Shown: positions 30,101 through 43,184 of the stretch, in pieces
Position numbering within the stretch: the stretch's first letter is position 1
How the letters are laid out: every line of letters begins with the position of its first letter
Source: Paragordius varius
Lineage: Eukaryota; Animalia; Nematomorpha
Direction: 5' to 3'
Length of the DNA stretch: 64,000 nt
NCBI GenBank assembly: GCA_964247055.1
Contig: OZ176050.1
Coordinates: 11,470,001-11,534,000, forward strand
Position numbers and translations under genes: made by a program
Notes under the pieces: generated by a model
What the model saw: only the letters and a program-made list of their open reading frames with translations
What the model was told of the DNA's origin: nothing
The model's database searches: none

Positions 30101-33100
30101 GGCTGAATGTAAGCAATACCCGTATGAGTATGGTTAATATAATTTGAATATTAAAATTTAATGGCTGAACGTAAACAATACACATATGAGTATGGTTAAT
30201 ATAATTTGATTGTTAAAATAGAATGGCTGAATGTAAGCAATACCCGTATGAGTATGGTTAATATAATTTGATTGTTAAAATATAATGGCTGAATGTAAAC
30301 AATACCCGTATGAGTATGGTTAATATAATTTGATTGTTAAAATAGAATGGCTGAATGTAAGCAATACTAGTATGAGTATGGTTAATATAATTTGATTGTT
30401 AAAATTTAATGGCTGAATGTAAGCAATACCCGTATGAGTATGGTTAATATAATTTGATTGTTAAAATAGAATGGCTGAATGTAAGCAATACCCGTATGAG
30501 TATGGTTAAAATAATTTGATTGTTAAAATAGAATGGCTGAATGTAAGCAATACCCGTATGAGTATGGTTAATATTATTTGAATATTAAAATTTAATGAAT
30601 GAATGTAAGCAATACCCGTATGAGTATGGTTAATATAATTTGATTGTTAAAATATAATGGCTGAATGTAAGCAATACCCGTATGAGTATGGTTAATATAA
30701 TTTGATTGTTAAAATTTAATGGCTGAATGTAAGCAATACCCGTATGAGTATGGTTAATATAATTTGATTGTTAAAATAGAATGGCTGAATGTAAGCAATA
30801 CCCGTATGAGTATGGTTAATATAATTTGAATATTAAAATTTAATGGCTGAACGTAAACAATACACATATGAGTATGGTTAATATAATTTGATTGTTAAAA
30901 TAGAATGGCTGAATGTAAGCAATACTAGTATGAGTATGGTTAATATAATTTGATTGTTAAAATTTAATGGCTGAATGTAAGCAATACCCGTATGAGTATG
31001 GTTAATATAATTTGATTGTTAAAATAGAATGGCTGAATGTAAGCAATACCCGTATGAGTATGGTTAAAATAATTTGATTGTTAAAATAGAATGGCTGAAT
31101 GTAAGCAATACCCGTATGAGTATGGTTAATATTATTTGAATATTAAAATTTAATGAATGAATGTAAGCAATACCCGTATGAGTATGGTTAATATAATTTG
31201 ATTGTTAAAATATAATGGCTGAATGTAAGCAATACCCGTATGAGTATGGTTAATATAATGTGATTATTAAAATTTAATGGCTGAATGTAAACATTACCCG
31301 CATGAGTATGGTTAATATAATTTGATTGTTAAAATAGAATGGCTGAATGTAAGCAATACCCGTATGAGTATGGTTAATATTATTTGAATATTAAAATTTA
31401 ATGGCTGAACGTAAACAATACCTATATGAGTATGGGAAATATAATTTGATTGTTAAAATAGAATGGCTGAATGTAAACAATACCCGTATGAGTATGGTTA
31501 ATATAATTTGATTGTTAAAATTATGGCTGAATGTAAACAATACCCATATGAGTATGGTTAATATAATTTGATTGTTAAAATAGAATGGCTGAATGTAAGC
31601 AATACCCGTATGAGTATGGTTAATATAATGTGATTATTAAAATTTAATGGCTGAATGTAAACATTACCCGCATGAGTATGGTTAATATAATTTGATTGTT
31701 AAAATAGAATGGCTGAATGTAAGCAATACCCGTATGAGTATGGTTAATATTATTTGAATATTAAAATTTAATGGCTGAACGTAAACAATACCTATATGAG
31801 TATGGGAAATATAATTTGATTGTTAAAATAGAATGGCTGAATGTAAACAATACCCGTATGAGTATGGTTAATATAATTTGATTGTTAAAATTATGGCTGA
31901 ATGTAAACAATACCCATATGAGTATGGTTAATATAATTTGATTGTTAAAATAGAATGGCTGAATGTAAGCAATACCCGTATGAGTATGGTTAATATAATG
32001 TGATTATTAAAATTTAATGGCTGAATGTAAACATTACCCGCATGAGTATGGTTAATATAATTTGATTGTTAAAATAGAATGGCTGAATGTAAGCAATACC
32101 CGTATGAGTATGGTTAATATTATTTGAATATTAAAATTTAATGGCTGAACGTAAACAATACCTATATGAGTATGGGAAATATAATTTGATTGTTAAAATA
32201 GAATGGCTGAATGTAAACAATACCCGTATGAGTATGGTTAATATAATTTGATTGTTAAAATAGAATGGCTGAATGTAAACAATACCCGTATGAGTATGGT
32301 TAATATAATTTGATTGTTAAAATAGAATGGCTGAATGTAAGCAATACCCGTATGAGTATGGTTAATATAATTTTAATATTAAAATTTAATGGCTGAATGT
32401 AAGCAATACCCGTATGAGTATGGTTAATATAATTTGAATATTAAAATAAAATGGCTGAATGTAAGCAATACCCGTATGAGTATGGTTAATATAATTTGAT
32501 TGTTAAAATATAATGGCTGAATGTAAACAATACCCGTATGAGTATGGTTAATATAATTTGATTGTTAAAATAGAATGGCTGAATGTAAGCAATACCCGTA
32601 TGAGTATGGTTAATATAATTTTAATATTAAAATTTAATGGCTGAATGTAAGCAATACCCGTATGAGTATGGTTAATATAATTTGAATATTAAAATAAAAT
32701 GGCTGAATGTAAGCAATACCCGTATGAGTATGGTTAATATAATTTGATTGTTAAAATAGAATGGCTGAATGTAAACAATTCCCGTATGAGTATGGTTAAT
32801 ATAATTTGATTGTTAAAATAGAATGGCTGAATGTAAACAATACCCGTATGAGTATGGTTAATATAATTTGATTGTTAAAATTATGGCTGAATGTAAACAA
32901 TACCCGTATGAGTATGGTTAATATAATTTGATTGTTAAAATAGAATGGCTGAATGTAAGCAATACCCGTATGAGTATGGTTAATATAATTTGAATATTAA
33001 AATTTAATGGCTGAACGTAAACAATACCCATATGAGTATGGTTAATATAATTTGATTGTTAAAATAGAATGGCTGAATGTAAGCAATACCCGTATGAGTA

Positions 33101-36100
33101 TGGTTAATATAATTTGAATATTAAAATTTAATGGCTGAATGTAAGCAATACCCGTATGAGTATGGTTAATATAATTTGATTGTTAAAATTATGGCTGAAT
33201 GTAAACAATACCCGTATGAGTATGGTTAATATAATTTGAATATTAAAATTTAATGGCTGAACGTAAACAATACCCATATGAGTATGGTTAATATAATTTG
33301 ATTGTTAAAATAGAATGGCTGAATGTAAGCAATACCCGTATGAGTATGGTTAATATAATTTGATTGTTAAAATAGAATGGCTGAATGTAAGCAATACCCG
33401 TATGAGTATGGTTAATATTATTTGAATATTAAAATTTAATGAATGAATGTAAGCAATACCCGTATGAGTATGGTTAATATAATTTGATTGTTAAAATATA
33501 ATGGCTGAATGTAAGCAATACCCGTATGAGTATGGTTAATATAATGTGATTATTAAAATTTAATGGCTGAATGTAAACATTACCCGCATGAGTATGGTTA
33601 ATATAATTTGATTGTTAAAATAGAATGGCTGAATGTAAGCAATACCCGTATGAGTATGGTTAATATTATTTGAATATTAAAATTTAATGGCTGAACGTAA
33701 ACAATACCCATATGAGTATGGTAAATATAATTTGATTGTTAAAATAGAATGGCTGAATGTAAGCATTACCCGTATGAGTATGGTTAATATAATTTGATTG
33801 TTAAAATATAATGGCTGAATGTAAACAATACCCATATGAGTATGGTTAATATAATGTGAATATTAAAATTTAATGGCTGAATGTAAGCAATACCCGTATG
33901 AGTATGGTTAATATAATTTGATTATTAAAATTTAATGGCTGAATGTAAGCAATACCCGTATGAAAATGGTTAATATAATTTGATTGTTAAAATAGAATGG
34001 CTAAATGTAAACAATACCCGTATGAGTATGGTTAATATAATTTGATTGTTAAAATAGAATGGCTGAATGTAAACAATACCCGTATGAGTATGGTTAATAT
34101 AATTTGATTGTTAAAATAGAATGGCTGAATGTAAGCAATACCCGTATGAGTATGGTTAATATAATTTGATTGTTAAAATAGAATGGCTGAATGTAAACAA
34201 TACCCGTATGAGTATGGTTAATATAATTTGAATATTAAAATTTAATGGCTGAATGTAAGCAATACCCGTATGAGTATGGTTAATATAATTTGATTATTAA
34301 AATTTAATGGCTGAATGTAAGCAATACCCGTATGAGTATGGTTAATATAATTTGATTGTTAAAATAGAATGGCTGAATGTAAACAATACCCGTATGAGTA
34401 TGGTTAATATAATTTGATTGTTAAAATAGAATGGCTGAATGTAAACAATACCCGTATGAGTATGGTTAATATAATTTGAATATTAAAATTTAATGGCTGA
34501 ATGTAAGCAATTCCCGTATGAGTATGGTTAATATAATTTGATTATTAAAATTTAATGGCTGAATGTAAGCAATACCAGTATGAGTATGGTTAATATAATT
34601 TGATTGTTAAAATAGAATGGCTGAATGTAAACAATTCCCATATGAGTATGGTAAATATAATTTGATTGTTAAAATAGAATGGCTGAATGTAAGCATTACC
34701 CGTATGAGTATGGTTAATATAATTTGAATATTAAAATTTAATGGCTGAATGTAAACATTACCCGCATGAGTATGGTTAATATAATTTGATTGTTAAAATA
34801 TAATGGCTGAATGTAAACAATACCCATATGAGTATGGTTAATATAATGTGAATATTAAAATTTAATGGCTGAATGTAAGCAATACCGGTATGAGTATGGT
34901 TAATATAATTTGATTATTAAAATTTAATGGCTGAATGTAAGCAATACCCGTATGAGTATGGTTAATATAATTTGATTGTTAAAATAGAATGGCTGAATGT
35001 AAACAATACCCGTATGAGTATGGTAAATATAATTTGATTGTTAAAATATAATGGCTGAATGTAAGCAATACCCGTATGAGTATGGTTAATATAATTTGAT
35101 TGTTAAAATAGAATGGCTGAATGTAAGCATTACCCGTATGAGTATGGTTAATATAATTTGAATATTAAAATTTAATGGCTGAATGTAAACATTACCCGCA
35201 TGAGTATGGTTAATATAATTTGATTGTTAAAATATAATGGCTGAATGTAAACAATACCCATATGAGTATGGTTAATATAATGTGAATATTAAAATTTAAT
35301 GGCTGAATGTAAGCAATACCCGTATGAGTATGGTTAATATAATTTGATTATTAAAATTTAATGGCTGAATGTAAGCAATACCCGTATGAGTATGGTTAAT
35401 ATAATTTGATTGTTAAAATAGAATGGCTGAATGTAAACAATTCCCATATGAGTATGGTAAATATAATTTGATTGTTAAAATAGAATGGCTGAATGTAAGC
35501 ATTACCCGTATGAGTATGGTTAATATAATTTGAATATTAAAATTTAATGGCTGAATGTAAACATTACCCGTATGAGTATGGTTAATATAATTTGAATATT
35601 AAAATTTAATGAATGAATGTAAGCAATACTAGTATGAGTATGGTTAATATAATTTGATTGTTAAAATATAATGGCTGAATGTAAACAATACCCATATGAG
35701 TATGGTTAATATAATGTGAATATTAAAATTTAATGGCTGAATGTAAGCAATACCGGTATGAGTATGGTTAATATAATTTGATTATTAAAATTTAATGGCT
35801 GAATGTAAGCAATACCCGTATGAGTATGGTTAATATAATTTGATTGTTAAAATAGAATGGCTGAATGTAAACAATACCCGTATGAGTATGGTTAATATAA
35901 TTTGATTGTTAAAATAGAATGGCTGAATGTAAACAATACCCGTATGAGTATGGTTAATATAATTTGAATATTAAAATTTAATGGCTGAACGTAAACAATA
36001 CCCATATGAGTATGGTTAATATAATTTGATTGTTAAAATAGAATGGCTGAATGTAAGCAATACCCGTATGAGTATGGTTAATATAATTTGAATATTAAAA

Positions 36101-38640
36101 TTTAATGAATGAATGTAAGCAATACTAGTATGAGTATGGTTAATATAATTTGATTGTTAAAATATAATGGCTGAATGTAAACAATACCCATATGAGTATG
36201 GTTAATATAATGTGAATATTAAAATTTAATGGCTGAATGTAAGCAATACCCGTATGAGTATGGTTAATATAATTTGATTATTAAAATTTAATGGCTGAAT
36301 GTAAGCAATACCCGTATGAGTATGGTTAATATAATTTGATTGTTAAAATAGAATGGCTGAATGTAAGCAATACCCGTATGAGTATGGTTAATATAATTTG
36401 AATATTAAAATTTAATGAATGAATGTAAGCAATACCCGTATGAGTATGGTTAATATAATTTGATTGTTAAAATATAATGGCTGAATGTAAACAATACCCA
36501 TATGAGTATGGTTAATATAATGTGAATATTAAAATTTAATGGCTGAATGTAAGCAATACCCGTATGAGTATGGTTAATATAATTTGATTATTAAAATTTA
36601 ATGGCTGAATGTAAGCAATACCCGTATGAGTATGGTTAATATAATTTGATTGTTAAAATAGAATGGCTGAATGTAAGCAATACCCGTATGAGTATGGTTA
36701 ATATAATTTGATTGTTAAAATTTAATGGCTGAATGTAAGCAATACCCGTATGAGTATGGTTAATATAATTTGATTGTTAAAATAGAATGGCTGAATGTAA
36801 AGAATACCCATATGAGTATGGTTAATATAATTTGATTGTTAAAATATAATGGCTGAATGTAAACAATACCCGTATGAGTATGGTTAATATAATTTGATTG
36901 TTAAAATTTAATGGCTGAATGTAAGCAATACCCGTATGAGTATGGTTAATATAATTTGAATATTAAAATTTAATGAATGAATGTAAGCAATACCCGTATG
37001 AGTATGGTTAATATAATTTGATTATTAAAATTTAATGGCTGAATGTAAGCAATACCCGTATGAGTATGGTTAATATAATTTGATTGTTAAAATTTAATGG
37101 CTGAATGTAAGCAATACCCGTATGAGTATGGTTAATATAATTTGATTGTTAAAATAGAATGGCTGAATGTAAGCAATACCCGTATGAGTATGGTTAATAT
37201 AATTTGATTGTTAAAATATAATGGCTGAATGTAAGCAATACCCGTATGAGTATGGTTAATATAATTTGAATGTTAAAATATGGCTGAATGTAAGCAATAC
37301 CCGTATGAGTATGGTTAATATAATTTGATTGTTAAAATTTAATGGTTGAATGTAAGCAATACCCGTATGAGTATGGTTAATATAATTTGATTGTTAAAAT
37401 AGAATGGCTGAATGTAAGCAATACCCGTATGAGTATGGTTAATATAATTTGATTGTTAAAATTTAATGGCTGAATGTAAGCAATACCCGTATGAGTATGG
37501 TTAATATAATTTGATTGTTAAAATAGAATGGCTGAATGTAAACAATACCCATATGAGTATGGTTAATATAATGTGAATATTAAAATTTAATGGCTGAATG
37601 TAAGCAATACCCGTATGAGTATGGTTAATATAATTTGATTATTAAAATTTAATGGCTGAATGTAAGCAATACCCGTATGAGTATGGTTAATATAATTTGA
37701 TTGTTAAAATAGAATGGCTGAATGTAAGCAATACCCGTATGAGTATGGTTAATATAATTTGATTGTTAAAATTTAATGGCTGAATGTAAGCAATACCCGT
37801 ATGAGTATGGTTAATATAATTTGATTGTTAAAATAGAATGGCTGAATGTAAACAATACCCATATGAGTATGGTTAATATAATTTGATTGTTAAAATATAA
37901 TGGCTGAATGTAAACAATACCCGTATGAGTATGGTTAATATAATTTGATTGTTAAAATTTAATGGCTGAATGTAAGCAATACCCGTATGAGTATGGTTAA
38001 TATAATTTGAATATTAAAATTTAATGAATGAATGTAAGCAATACCCGTATGAGTATGGTTAATATAATTTGATTATTAAAATTTAATGGCTGAATGTAAG
38101 CAATACCCGTATGAGTATGGTTAATATAATTTGATTGTTAAAATTTAATGGCTGAATGTAAGCAATACCCGTATGAGTATGGTTAATATAATTTGATTGT
38201 TAAAATAGAATGGCTGAATGTAAGCAATACCCGTATGAGTATGGTTAATATAATTTGATTGTTAAAATATAATGGCTGAATGTAAGCAATACCCGTATGA
38301 GTATGGTTAATATAATTTGATTGTTAAAATATGGCTGAATGTAAGCAATACCCGTATGAGTATGGTTAATATAATTTGATTGTTAAAATTTAATGGTTGA
38401 ATGTAAGCAATACCCGTATGAGTATGGTTAATATAATTTGATTGTTAAAATATAATGGCTGAATGTAAACAATACCCGTATGAGTATGGTTAATATAATT
38501 TGATTGTTAAAATTTAATGGCTGAATGTAAGCAATACCCGTATGAGTATGGTTAATATAATTTGATTGTTAAAATTTAATGGCTGAATGTAAGCAATACC
38601 CGTATGAGTATGGTTAATATAATTTGATTGTTATAATATA
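24100..38640. repeat. Satellite domain C: monomeric variant family with local higher-order repeats
   Basis: Consensus GTAAGCAATACCCGTATGAGTATGGTTAATATAATTTGATTGTTAAAATAGAATGGCTGAAT. The AATAGTGGAAT and TATTGTTTAT modules of the AB domain disappear. The marker TATGGGAAAT recurs at 28767, 29137, 31431, 31801 and 32171 (370-bp period within each cluster). Confidence 0.95.
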
Positions 38641-38942
38641 ATGGCTGAATGTAAACAAAATTCGTATGAGTATAGTTACGGTAATTTGACTGTTAAAATT
38701 TAATGATTGAATAAAAACAATACCCTTTTGAGTATGGCTAATATAATTTGATTGTTAAAAGTTAATGGTTGAATGTAAACAATACCCGTATGAGTATTGT
38801 TAATATAAATTGATTGTTAATATTTAATGGTTGAATGTAAATCATACCCGTATCAATGTGCTTAATATAATGAGATTGTTAATATTTAATTGCTAAATGT
38901 AAACAATACCCGTATGAATATGGTTTAATAATTTGATTGTTA
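38640..38942. repeat. Degenerate satellite edge
   Basis: About five monomers with rapidly increasing substitutions (e.g. AAAATTCGTATGAGTATAGTTACGG, TACCCTTTTGAG). Confidence 0.9.
38928..38942 (+). repeat. Candidate 15-bp target-site duplication of the RLE element (left copy; right copy 43185-43199)
   Basis: ATAATTTGATTGTTA appears on both sides. Because it is also a satellite motif, only the phase relationship supports a TSD. Confidence 0.55.
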
Positions 38943-39113
38943 TAATTTATTAATATATATAAAATACAATTTAGAATCTATGAAGAAAAGTGCTACGCAA
39001 CAATATTGGGCATGGGGTAGTTACAAGGGGGAAGAAAGAGAAAATATTTTTTATATAAATATATAAAAAAAAGAAAAAATATAATAAAAAAAGAAATATA
39101 TATATAAAAAATA

Positions 39114-42100
39114 TTACAAAAATGCATTTGATGGGTTGTTGTCTATGAGGGAATTTCGACCGCTCATAAACATGTGGTACATGTCGGCCGAAGATTTTAT
39201 TATGCTTGTAACTATTGATTTCTTAAGTTGGGTAGGGCAAAGGAACCTGATCTTCTCAAAAAGAACATCGTTTTTTGAATACCACGAGCCGAGGCTCCCT
39301 ACAACAACTGGAATGACTTGGGTGTTGCTGTATGTTTCCTGTAATTGTTGAGCCATACAGCTATACTTCATTTATTTATTGTTGAATGCCGTATCGAAGA
39401 ATACTAGCCTGTTTTCAAACGGCACTGTGGGATCAATGATATAGCAATCAGTGCCATTTGTTACAATGACGTCAGGGCGTAGTCTCGACGAATCGATGGC
39501 TTGGTTTTCACTTAAGATCTTGAAATTAGATGGGAGGTTATTTTTAATCAGGTCTACTACGACGTTGAATCTTTTGGTTAGTATATTATCATCTTTGAAG
39601 CAGTGGTTTAAAACGTGTGCTTGGGTTTCTTTTGACTTGCCGCAGCGACGGCACATTTGTTCAGACGACCTGAGTCGCATTTTCGTTGGTAGGAGATTGA
39701 GCCGCGCTCGATGGATGAAGTTCCAGTCTCTAAAGTGAAGATCCTTATTATTGTAAAGAAAATGGTGACTGACCTTATCATCAGCAACGCACTCCATCAC
39801 CCGACCCTGCAAAGCAAAATGGTGTAGCTCAGTATCCTTTAACTTTCGTTTATAAAATCGAAGGTTAGAAACAACAGCTGAGCGATTGTCTTGGGAAATT
39901 TAAAGAATTCTGTAATTACTGTAGGCTGAAAAGAATTATCAAAAGACCATGAAATTTTGAGAGATTCAGACGCAATTCTCGCTATTGTCCAAATGTTTTG
40001 GCATTTATTAGCTGGATTTGAGACAAGAGGGTTCTCATAACCAGACAAATACTTGCCTAATTGATCGGGAGTTATAGAATCTAATCGAACCTTAAAACGA
40101 AAGCTAGCCGAAACCTTAAGTTTTTCGAGAGCAGAAACTCTTATAGAAGGATCTAAGCTAGTAAGTAATTTAAAAGCGGAATCCACACGAAATATATTAA
40201 TGTCATCTCGGAATAGGGGCATCCCTAAGGCGCCCTTATTACGAGATCCAAAAATATAATAGTTAGTGGCATCTCTTGGAAGATTTAATATTTGTTTGAA
40301 CACTTTAGCTTTTTATTTAGATATTCACCTGTAACCATTTTAAGCTCATTATTTCTCAACTGGTGAGAAATAGCGGGATAGAAAAAAGTTTTAATAGCGT
40401 CTATCTTTTGCCAAGGGAGGAGGCTAGAACTATGTACTTGACCGATTGAGGGAACGACAACTTCACCAATCTTAAAAACAGGACTACAAGAAGCAATAGA
40501 AATACTATTGCACTTCTCAGCTTTGATCGAAAGACCAATATCATGAATAAACATTCTAACAAGCAATGTCCTCGCTTATGCTGATGACATTTTTTATTGT
40601 CTGACTCTCCTCACCATAGATCTCAACACAGAATCGATTGACAAATTAAAAAGAAGGCCAGAAATTGGACACCCCTGTTTAATGCCAGACAAGAAAGGAA
40701 TGAGTTGCGTTAACCCAGAGGCGGAAAAGAACTGAGTACATGAATTAGTGTAAATATCCTTAATTAAAGCTTGAATATTATTATCTATACCAAAATTAGG
40801 GAGACATTCAAAAATCAGCTGGTGAGGGACCGAGTCAAACGCAGCTGTGACATCAATAAAAGTTACAAAAATATCTTTTTTATTATGTTTAACATCAGAA
40901 ATTGATTTATTTAAAATATAATTATGCTCAAAGCAGCCAGCAAAAGGCATAAATCCTTTCTGGGCTGATGATAGTAAGTTATTCTTTAAAAATGTTTAGA
41001 AATACGGTTGGCAATAAGGCCAGTAAATAATTTATAAATAGCATTGCTTAGTGAAAGGGGCCTCCAACTTGAAACAAGAGAAGGGTCTCCCTTTTTTTAG
41101 AAATTAAGATTGACTTAGTTACTTTCCAATGATTAGGAATCATTCGATGACTTAAACACAAATTAAAAATTTTAGCTAAAAGAATACCTGGGATCCACCT
41201 GCTTCCATTTGGTATATGAAATACCATCAGGACCAGGAGAGCTGTTAGAAACTTTTTTTAATTTATCAGAAACTTCAGATACTGAAAAGGGAATAAATTC
41301 AAGTAAAGGGACAGAATTATTAGAATAATTAAAATTAATAGGCTCCGATTTTTTGCCAATTGTATTGTTAAAATAATTAGTTATATCTTCGTTATTAATT
41401 TTACAAGAGAATGGAGGGCCATCAACGATTAATCTTATAGCCTTTTTCCTATTTTTCTTATACATGCTACGAATATTTAAATCTTTATGAACCAAACTTT
41501 TAGACTTATTATAATCAGCCCGGGGAGGAGATAGTGCATTTTGAATAGAGCTTATTAAAGAACAAATATCCTCCCAGTCGGAATTCTCGTCGTGGGAGTC
41601 AAGAAGGTTATTAAAATTAGTGAAAGGAAAAGTATTTTTATTTAAAGCAGAGGATTTATTAAAACTTTTATTTGGTGGAGGTAGAGTAACCGATAAAGTG
41701 GGTTCCTCATCAACACTCTCATCAAGAATAGTAAAACGATTAGATAAAGAGACTTCATTTTTAGAAAAGTAATTAAAATAATTTTTGTTTACCAAACTAC
41801 TGGGATTTAGAATATTAGAATTTATATCCATACTGGAATTATTGCCTTCATGTCCCTTACCAATGATGTTTGAGGTCCCACTCACTTTGGTAGGATAAGA
41901 ATTAACTGGAGAGCTGGGTGGATCAAAAAAGTTTACTGAATGGGTTGGAGATGACTCGACAACCTTAGGCTTATTAGAAAGATTGAATCGGAGGTTTGAC
42001 AAACTTAACGGTTTGCTGTGAGGATGAGGAGGTAGATTATGAGACCTTTTATGAGATAAGAGAGACATGCGCTTGAGAAACGACAAGTCACACTCATCAC

Positions 42101-42800
42101 ATACGTGAGGCATTTGGACAATAGGAGATTTGGACGCAAAAATGCACTCTTTCATATGTATACTTGGGTGAATAGATAAAACTTTGTTACAAGGTTTGCA
42201 AATATTAACTATTTTGATTAGTTCTTTATGGACCAGCTTAATATGACGTAGAAGAGACTGTCTCTGGGCAGTCCAGGATTTACAACGAAATTGATAATTG
42301 CAAGATTCAAACGGGCATAAAAAGTGATTCGGAAGGGGAAAATAGAAGCATAGGGTGTTGTCTTGCTGGGTAGGTTGATGTGGAATCACCTCCAATAGGT
42401 CGCCATCATTATCAACATCATTATTATTTATCTTAAGCATTTTGTTGGCCGGATGGACAAGAAGGATGGTCTTGCGTTTAATGTTTGAGCTGGGAGATTT
42501 GGCCTGATTGGATGACTGATCGGTAGCTGTGTACACTTTGTCGTAGAACTGAGATGAAGAGAGTGAAGGGAATTGGTGTTCATAGAGGGAGCCAATATCC
42601 GGTTTTGGAGCTGTCGACGGGTTGACGCAGTATGATGGATGGCTTTGGGTATTGACCGTGGTGACAGAGGTATGGCAGAAGGTTGTCTTGCAATATACTG
42701 GTTGATTATCATTATCACTTATTGTAAGGGGAAACATGATTTGTACGTTGTTAGAGCTAATAATGTTGGTTGATATCATATCTATAATAAAAATAAACAA
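39114..42800 (-). pseudogene. Disrupted single ORF of the RLE retrotransposon (ZnF-RT-CCHC-RLE)
   Basis: ORF-track pieces 41172-42800, 40594-40950, 40285-40566, 39839-40303, 39372-39812 and 39114-39371 are collinear parts of one polyprotein. The gap 40950-41172 translates with frameshifts to ..GILLAKIFNLCL..WK..KK-DPSLVSSWRPLSLSNAIYKLFTGLIANR. Confidence 0.92.
40561..40617 (+). other. Micro-inversion carrying the RT YADD motif in the opposite orientation to its element
   Basis: The plus strand reads AAT GTC CTC GCT TAT GCT GAT GAC ATT TT- TTA TTG TCT GAC TCT CCT (NVLAYADDI.LLSDSP; YADD at 40577-40588). It lies exactly between minus-strand RT motifs FNLSIDSVLRS and IGLSIKAEKC. Breakpoints are uncertain by a few bases. 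Confidence 0.9.
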
Positions 42801-43184
42801 AATATAATATAGGATAGAAAATTAGATGGACCAAAGGATTAAAGAATGGAAATAAATAAAGTCCTAATCACCCGGATATTAATATATAACCAAAAGGGGG
42901 CCGGGAATTCAGAGATACACAATTAAGAGTAAAAACAACATGCGATTCAAAGATAAAGAGAAGCGCGAATTTAAAATAACAATTAACAAAGATGGAGAAG
43001 GTAAACAAAAACCGTTTAAAAAAATGGCCAAAGCGCGAATTTAAAGCAAAAGGGAGGGAATATTTAAAAAAGAGGGGATATAAACAAATACGCGTTAGAA
43101 AAAAGGTTAGGGGAAAACACGAAATTTCAAAAAGGGGTAAATAAAAAAACAATTAAGAGGGGCGCGAACTTTACCAAAGGTACG

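Larger units (their letters stand above)
1..38942. repeat. Tandem satellite array, 62-bp monomer (~625 copies), running off the left edge of the window
   Basis: The first two units are 1-62 and 63-124, and the third starts at 125. Every monomer carries the core AATACCCGTATGAGTAT followed by ...TTGTTAAAAT...AATGGCTGAAT or ...AATAGTGGAAT. The type A consensus has 14/62 G+C. No unique sequence interrupts the array before ~38.94 kb. Confidence 0.99.
38943..43184 (-). mobile_element. Near-full-length (~4.2 kb) degenerate non-LTR retrotransposon with restriction-like endonuclease (R2/NeSL/Utopia-like)
   Basis: Minus-strand order: pyrimidine-rich 5' region; N-terminal zinc fingers (CPFESC..H...H, CKPC..H...C, CDEC..H...H); RT motifs (SSPGPDG, WRPLS, GFMP..GCFEHNYIL, DVTAAFDSVPH, GIKQGCPISGLLFN); CCHC knuckle (CRRCGKSKETQAHVLNHC); RLE (RPDVIV..IDPTVPFEN); AT-rich 3' UTR with AATAAA near the junction. 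The ORF is broken by several frameshifts. RLE-type assignment is secure; the Utopia/NeSL-like subclade is from recalled motifs (LLPWQKIDAIKTFFYP, RVDSAFKLLTS) and is less certain. Confidence 0.93.

Noticed and set aside
1-38942. CRISPR array
   Set aside because: There are no unique spacers; the whole 62-bp unit is repeated, no cas genes are present, and the context is eukaryotic with spliced genes.
39136-39738. Plus-strand ORFs 39136-39351 and 39451-39738
   Set aside because: They are antisense shadows of the retrotransposon ORF with no recognisable motifs.
42428-43152. ORFs 42428-42718 and 42868-43152 as separate genes
   Set aside because: The first is an alternative frame of the element ORF; the second is low-complexity F/L-rich translation of the pyrimidine-rich leader.
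43165-43184. Faint resemblance of the element's 5' junction (minus strand CCTTTGGTAAAGTTC) to U2 snRNA CCTTTTGGCTAAGATC
   Set aside because: The match is short and gapped, the diagnostic AAGTGTAGTATCTG is absent, and no U2 sequence lies at the 3' junction; compatible with chance.
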